Part shown: in pieces, positions 7,727-11,238 of the stretch
Layout: the number at the start of each line of letters is the position of its first letter
Numbering within the stretch: the stretch's first letter is position 1
Translations under genes and position numbers: made by a program
The notes under the pieces: generated by a model
The model's database searches: none
What the model was told of the DNA's origin: nothing
What the model saw: only the letters and a program-made list of their open reading frames with translations
Assembly: GCA_037917675.1 (NCBI GenBank)
Contig: JAVCBW010000047.1
Coordinates: 1-11,238 of the forward strand
Source of the DNA: Thermoproteota archaeon
GTDB lineage: Archaea; Korarchaeota; Korarchaeia; B14-G2
DNA length: 11,238 bases
Direction of reading: 5' to 3'

Positions 7727-7848
7727 TAGCTACATGCGTCAGATTCTAATCTGCTGAGCAGGATAGCCTATTCCAGCAGGTAGAAGTTGGGAGCTGTAGC
7801 CAGCCCTCTACTAGCTTAGCTATCCTCTGCCTCCCATAGACTTCTCCT

Positions 7849-10800
7849 CTAGAATGACTCCTCCCTGTCAGCAACCGTTGATTTGCTGTCAACTGTATAT
7901 GATGGCTTGATGCAGCTGCTACAGAGCCTCCAGTACTCTCTCAGCTCAGCTACCTTGAGGCTGCTAGGGTACTTCAGGGCTTCAGCTATGGCCTTAGCCT
8001 GCTCTAGGGTTGTTATGACCGGGATCCCGAGCTCAGCTGCCCTCCTGCGTATCTCCCTGCTATCCTCTAGCATCTGAGAGTACTTCTCAAGTGTAGTGCT
8101 CCATGGTATGTTTATTACGAGAGCTATGCTGTCTCTAGCTATGAGGTCAGCTATGTTAGGATGCCTGCTTGGCTCACTGACCTTATAGGCTGTCTCAGCT
8201 GGGATCCCAGCTGCCTTGAAGGCTAGCGTGGTGTGTTCTGTTGACAGTATCTTGAAGCCATGCTCATGTAGTGCTCTAGCTATAGGCAGTATCTTGGACT
8301 TAAGCTCTACTCCACCTACTGTGATCAGCACAGAGCTGCCCTTGAGGTCTATGCCTGATGCCTTGAGAGCCTTCACATAAGCCTCATGCATAGACTCACC
8401 TAGGCAGCATACCTCTCCAGTGCTCATCATCTCAACTCCTAGCATGGGGTCTATGCCAGGTAGCTGCCTGAAGCTGAACTGAGGCGCCTTAACCGCGTAG
8501 TAACGCATCTCTGGTGGCCCTCTGACCCCAGTGAACCCTAAGCTCTCGCCTAAGATCGTGTCTACAGCTAGCTTCACGAGGTTAACTCCAGTTGCCTTAC
8601 TGACATACGGCATTGACCTGCTGGCTCTGAGATTGCACTCTATCACGTAGACCTCGTCTTTGACTAGGAACTGTATGTTTAGGGGGCCTTTAGCACCTAG
8701 TGCTCTCGCTATCTGTAGGGTGTACTCTCTCATCTTGCTCACAGCCCACTCTGGTAGAGAGTATGGTGGGATGGCCATCGTTGAGTCACCGCTGTGGACT
8801 CCAGCGTTCTCTATGTGTTCTATGACAGCTCCAATGTAGGCTGAGTAGCCATCTGAGACAGCATCGACCTCAGCTTCTCTTGCTCCCATGATGAACCTAG
8901 ATACAACTACAGGATGCTCTTCAGAGACTTCAGCAGCCTGCTTCAGGTACCTCTTGAGCTCGCTTCTGCTGTAAGCGACCCGCATAGCCTGCCCACTCAA
9001 GACGTAGCTTGGCCTCACTATCACAGGATACCTGCCTTCAGCAAACTCCAGAGCTTCTCCTATGCTTGAAGCTGAAGCCCACTCTGGCTGAGGGATGCCA
9101 AGCGAGTCTAGCAGGCTACTGAACTTCTCTCTGTCTTCTGCCATGTCTATGCTCTCAGCACTTGAGCCGATCAGCCTGACACCAGCCTCATGGAGGGGGA
9201 CTGCAAGGTTGTTTGCAGTCTGCCCTCCAAATGACACCACAACTCCCTCTGGGCTCTCAGCCTCATATATGTCGAGTACACGCTCGAGGGTAAGCTCTTC
9301 GAAATAGAGCTTATCGCTCACGTCATAGTCTGTTGAAACAGTCTCAGGGTTACAGTTCACGACTATGGCCTCAAAGCCACGAGCTCTAAGCTCCCTGACA
9401 GCATTGACACAGCACCAGTCAAACTCTACTGAGCTGCCAACCCTATAGCAGCCGCTCCCGAGCACAACTACCTTCCTACGCCTGCTTTCCTCTATGTCGC
9501 TCTCCACGCCTCCATACGTCACGTAGAGGTAGTTTGTCTGAGCAGGCCACTCTGCAGCTAGGGTATCAATCTGCTTGACACAAGGCCTGACATCAAGCTT
9601 CTTCCTCAGCCTCCTGACCTCATCCTCTGATAGGCCAGTGCACATGGCTATCTGCCTATCTGAGAAGCCGAGCCTCTTAGCTTCCCTTAGCAGAGCTGGC
9701 TTCAACCCCTCCTTCCTGAGCTTCTCCTCTAGCCTAACTATGTTCTCCACCTTACTGATGTAGAACCTGTCTATCTTAGATGCCTCAGCTACCTCACTCA
9801 CACTAGCTCCAAGCTTTAGTGCCTCAGCTATCTCAAGGACCCTATTGTCCTTAGGGGTCCTCAGGGACTCGAGGACCTCAGCTAGAGGCCTACCTGAAAG
9901 CTTTACACAGGCTACACCAGGGTATCCCTTGTCAAGCATCCTGAAGGCCTTCTGTAAGGCTTCCTCAAAGCACCTTCCAATAGCCATGACCTCGCCTATG
10001 CTCTTCATTCCAGTACCAAGCTCCCTTGCTGCCCCAGGGAACTTCTCAAAATCCCATCTCGGCACCTTAACCACTATGTAGTCTAGTGCAGGCTCGAATG
10101 CCGCCGTGGTAACACAAGTAACCTTGTTCTTAAGCTCAGGGAGCAGGTAGCCTATAGCTAGCTTGGCAGCTACATAGGCTAGAGGGTAGCCTGTAGCCTT
10201 GCTTGCTAGAGCTGAGCTCCTCGACATCCTAGCATTAACCTCTATCACACGGTACTCCTCCCCTTCAGGGTGTAGTGCAAACTGCACGTTGCACTCTCCG
10301 ATGACACCTACAGCCTCAGCTACACGCAAGCTAGCTTGCCTGAGCATGTGGTACTCTCTGTCAGTCAGTGTCTGAGATGGAGCTACCACTATGCTGTCTC
10401 CAGTGTGTACGCCCATGGGGTCAACATTCTCCATGTTACATACTGTGATGCAGTTCCCAGCATAGTCTCTTACCACCTCATACTCGATCTCCTTCCAGCC
10501 TCCAAGGTACTCCTCAACCTGAACTGAGTCAGACTTAGCTAGAGCTCTCCTAGCAACCTCCCTGAGCTCTCCCTTAGACCAAGCGACTCCGCTTCCACCA
10601 CCACCAAGCATGAACTGAGCCTTGACTACGACAGGGTAGCCTAAGCTATCTGCAGCCTCAAGGGCGTCTTCGACTGTGAAGGCCTTCCTAGACCTTGGGA
10701 CAGGGATGTTGGCGTCCTCCATCGCCCTCCTGAAGAGCTCCCTATCCTCGGTCTTCTCTATAGCCTCCACTGGGCTGCCTAGGACCACGACGCCGTTCTC

Positions 10801-11127
10801 CTCTAGCACACCAGACCTAGCTAAGGCTACTCCACAGTTGAGTGCTGTCTGGCCTCCGAAGCCTAGCAGTATGCCCTGAGGCCTCTCTCTCCTAATGACC
10901 TCAGCGACATACTCTGGTGTGACTGGAGCCAGGTAGATTTTGTCAGCCATGGTAGGGTCAGTCTGTATTGTAGCTATGTTCGGGTTCACAAGCACGGTTT
11001 CAATGCCCTCCTCTGAGAGAGCTTTGAGAGCCTGGCTACCACTATAGTCGAACTCCCCAGCTTCACCTATCTTTATGCCGCCACTTCCTAGCACTAGAGC
11101 TTTGCTTAGCCAGCTGAACTTAGGCAC
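7849..11127 (-). CDS. carB: Carbamoyl-phosphate synthase large subunit
   Basis: LVLGSGGIKIGEAGEFDYSGSQA, ENVDPMGVHTGDS, IEVNARMSRSSALASKATGYP, IDTLAAEWPA, NCNPETVSTDYD, RPSYVLSG, AGVHSGDS, IECNLRASRS, and a C-terminal MGS-like domain. Start placed at GTG 11127 (AGGAGG at 11140-11135), giving 1092 aa. Confidence 0.97.
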   Translation of the reverse strand: MPKFSWLSKALVLGSGGIKIGEAGEFDYSGSQALKALSEEGIETVLVNPNIATIQTDPTMADKIYLAPVTPEYVAEVIRRERPQGILLGFGGQTALNCGVALARSGVLEENGVVVLGSPVEAIEKTEDRELFRRAMEDANIPVPRSRKAFTVEDALEAADSLGYPVVVKAQFMLGGGGSGVAWSKGELREVARRALAKSDSVQVEEYLGGWKEIEYEVVRDYAGNCITVCNMENVDPMGVHTGDSIVVAPSQTLTDREYHMLRQASLRVAEAVGVIGECNVQFALHPEGEEYRVIEVNARMSRSSALASKATGYPLAYVAAKLAIGYLLPELKNKVTCVTTAAFEPALDYIVVKVPRWDFEKFPGAARELGTGMKSIGEVMAIGRCFEEALQKAFRMLDKGYPGVACVKLSGRPLAEVLESLRTPKDNRVLEIAEALKLGASVSEVAEASKIDRFYISKVENIVRLEEKLRKEGLKPALLREAKRLGFSDRQIAMCTGLSEDEVRRLRKKLDVRPCVKQIDTLAAEWPAQTNYLYVTYGGVESDIEESRRRKVVVLGSGCYRVGSSVEFDWCCVNAVRELRARGFEAIVVNCNPETVSTDYDVSDKLYFEELTLERVLDIYEAESPEGVVVSFGGQTANNLAVPLHEAGVRLIGSSAESIDMAEDREKFSSLLDSLGIPQPEWASASSIGEALEFAEGRYPVIVRPSYVLSGQAMRVAYSRSELKRYLKQAAEVSEEHPVVVSRFIMGAREAEVDAVSDGYSAYIGAVIEHIENAGVHSGDSTMAIPPYSLPEWAVSKMREYTLQIARALGAKGPLNIQFLVKDEVYVIECNLRASRSMPYVSKATGVNLVKLAVDTILGESLGFTGVRGPPEMRYYAVKAPQFSFRQLPGIDPMLGVEMMSTGEVCCLGESMHEAYVKALKASGIDLKGSSVLITVGGVELKSKILPIARALHEHGFKILSTEHTTLAFKAAGIPAETAYKVSEPSRHPNIADLIARDSIALVINIPWSTTLEKYSQMLEDSREIRRRAAELGIPVITTLEQAKAIAEALKYPSSLKVAELREYWRLCSSCIKPSYTVDSKSTVADREESF

Positions 11128-11238
11128 ATAAGACCCTCCTCGTGAACATGTCGAACACGAAGCTGCAGTCAAGTGGGCCAGGAGAAGCCTCAGGGTGGAA
11201 CTGCACCCCAAGAGCCCTCCCCTCAAGCCCCCAAAGCC
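11120..11238 (-). CDS. carA: Carbamoyl-phosphate synthase small (glutaminase) subunit, 3' end only
   Basis: Not in the ORF track; the frame from 11236 reads LWGLEGRALGVQFHPEASPGPLDCSFVFDMFTRRVLCA* (TAA 11122-11120). QFHPEASPGPxD is the CarA catalytic His-x-Glu motif; overlaps the carB start by 8 nt. Confidence 0.93.
   Translation of the reverse strand, partial: LWGLEGRALGVQFHPEASPGPLDCSFVFDMFTRRVLCA

Noticed and set aside
7740-7779. Inverted repeats CAGATT-CT-AATCTG (7740-7753) and CTGCTG...CAGCAG (7751-7779) in the convergent gap
   Set aside because: The stems are only 6 bp, overlap each other and have no T-tract; could be chance, so not called as a terminator or ncRNA.
7820-7837. Mini-ORF MGGRG on the minus strand right after carB, preceded by AGGAG
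   Set aside because: Five codons only; the purine-rich context makes SD-like matches likely by chance.
26-10879. Short ORF-track ORFs (26-235, 849-1337, 1341-1535, 2269-2541, 2545-2805, 2673-2885, 3801-3995, 4016-4399, 4412-4666, 4877-5062, 5310-5516, 6995-7186, 7391-7597, 7883-8077, 9095-9307, 9575-9763, 9845-10081, 10336-10527, 10676-10879)
   Set aside because: All lie antisense to well-supported genes, many are Ser/Pro/Thr-rich shadow frames, and none has a recognisable motif.
11128-11226. Cys-rich N-terminal extension of CarB in the ORF track (MRGGLLGCSS...CSTCS)
   Set aside because: It is an alternative reading of the carA 3' end; the SD-supported start is GTG 11127.
3955-11238. Plain arginine biosynthesis cluster (argE-argF-argD-carAB) or LysW-type lysJ/lysK
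   Set aside because: Not excluded but not adopted: the acceptor-site residues, Dat-type motifs, linked importer and mixed orientations do not fit, and no argB/C/G/H or lysW is in the window.
1-11238. CRISPR arrays, tRNA/rRNA, IS elements, inteins
   Set aside because: Intergenic gaps are all 180 nt or shorter with no periodic repeats or cloverleaf; protein lengths are normal for their families; no transposase or integrase motifs were seen.

Overview
Archaeal-looking genomic window (TATA-like boxes, AGG/ATA codon use, a class III signal peptide; probably a thermophilic TACK-type lineage, which is inference). Left part (1-7726): an amino-acid/amine uptake and metabolism module. It has a HAAT (Liv-type) ABC transporter split over three transcription units (livG partial on -, livH-livM on +, binding protein on -), an M20 ArgE/DapE-family amidohydrolase, an ornithine-transcarbamylase-family enzyme, and a divergent class III aminotransferase. 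Right part (7849-11238): carB and the 3' end of carA. At first sight this reads as argD-argE-argF-carAB, but diagnostic residues disagree. The transcarbamylase has Asn where OTCs have the ornithine-binding Asp (NTWHSMG vs DxWxSMG). The aminotransferase carries 2,4-diaminobutyrate transaminase (Dat/EctB) motifs. The M20 enzyme has an Asp at the usual Glu metal-ligand position. Together these suggest an uncharacterised diaminobutyrate / N-acyl / ureido amino acid pathway. The aminotransferase has a 1-nt frameshift near its 3' end. Two real CDS fragments (livG, carA) are absent from the ORF track, and several ORF-track starts are too long. No RNA genes, CRISPR arrays or mobile elements were seen.
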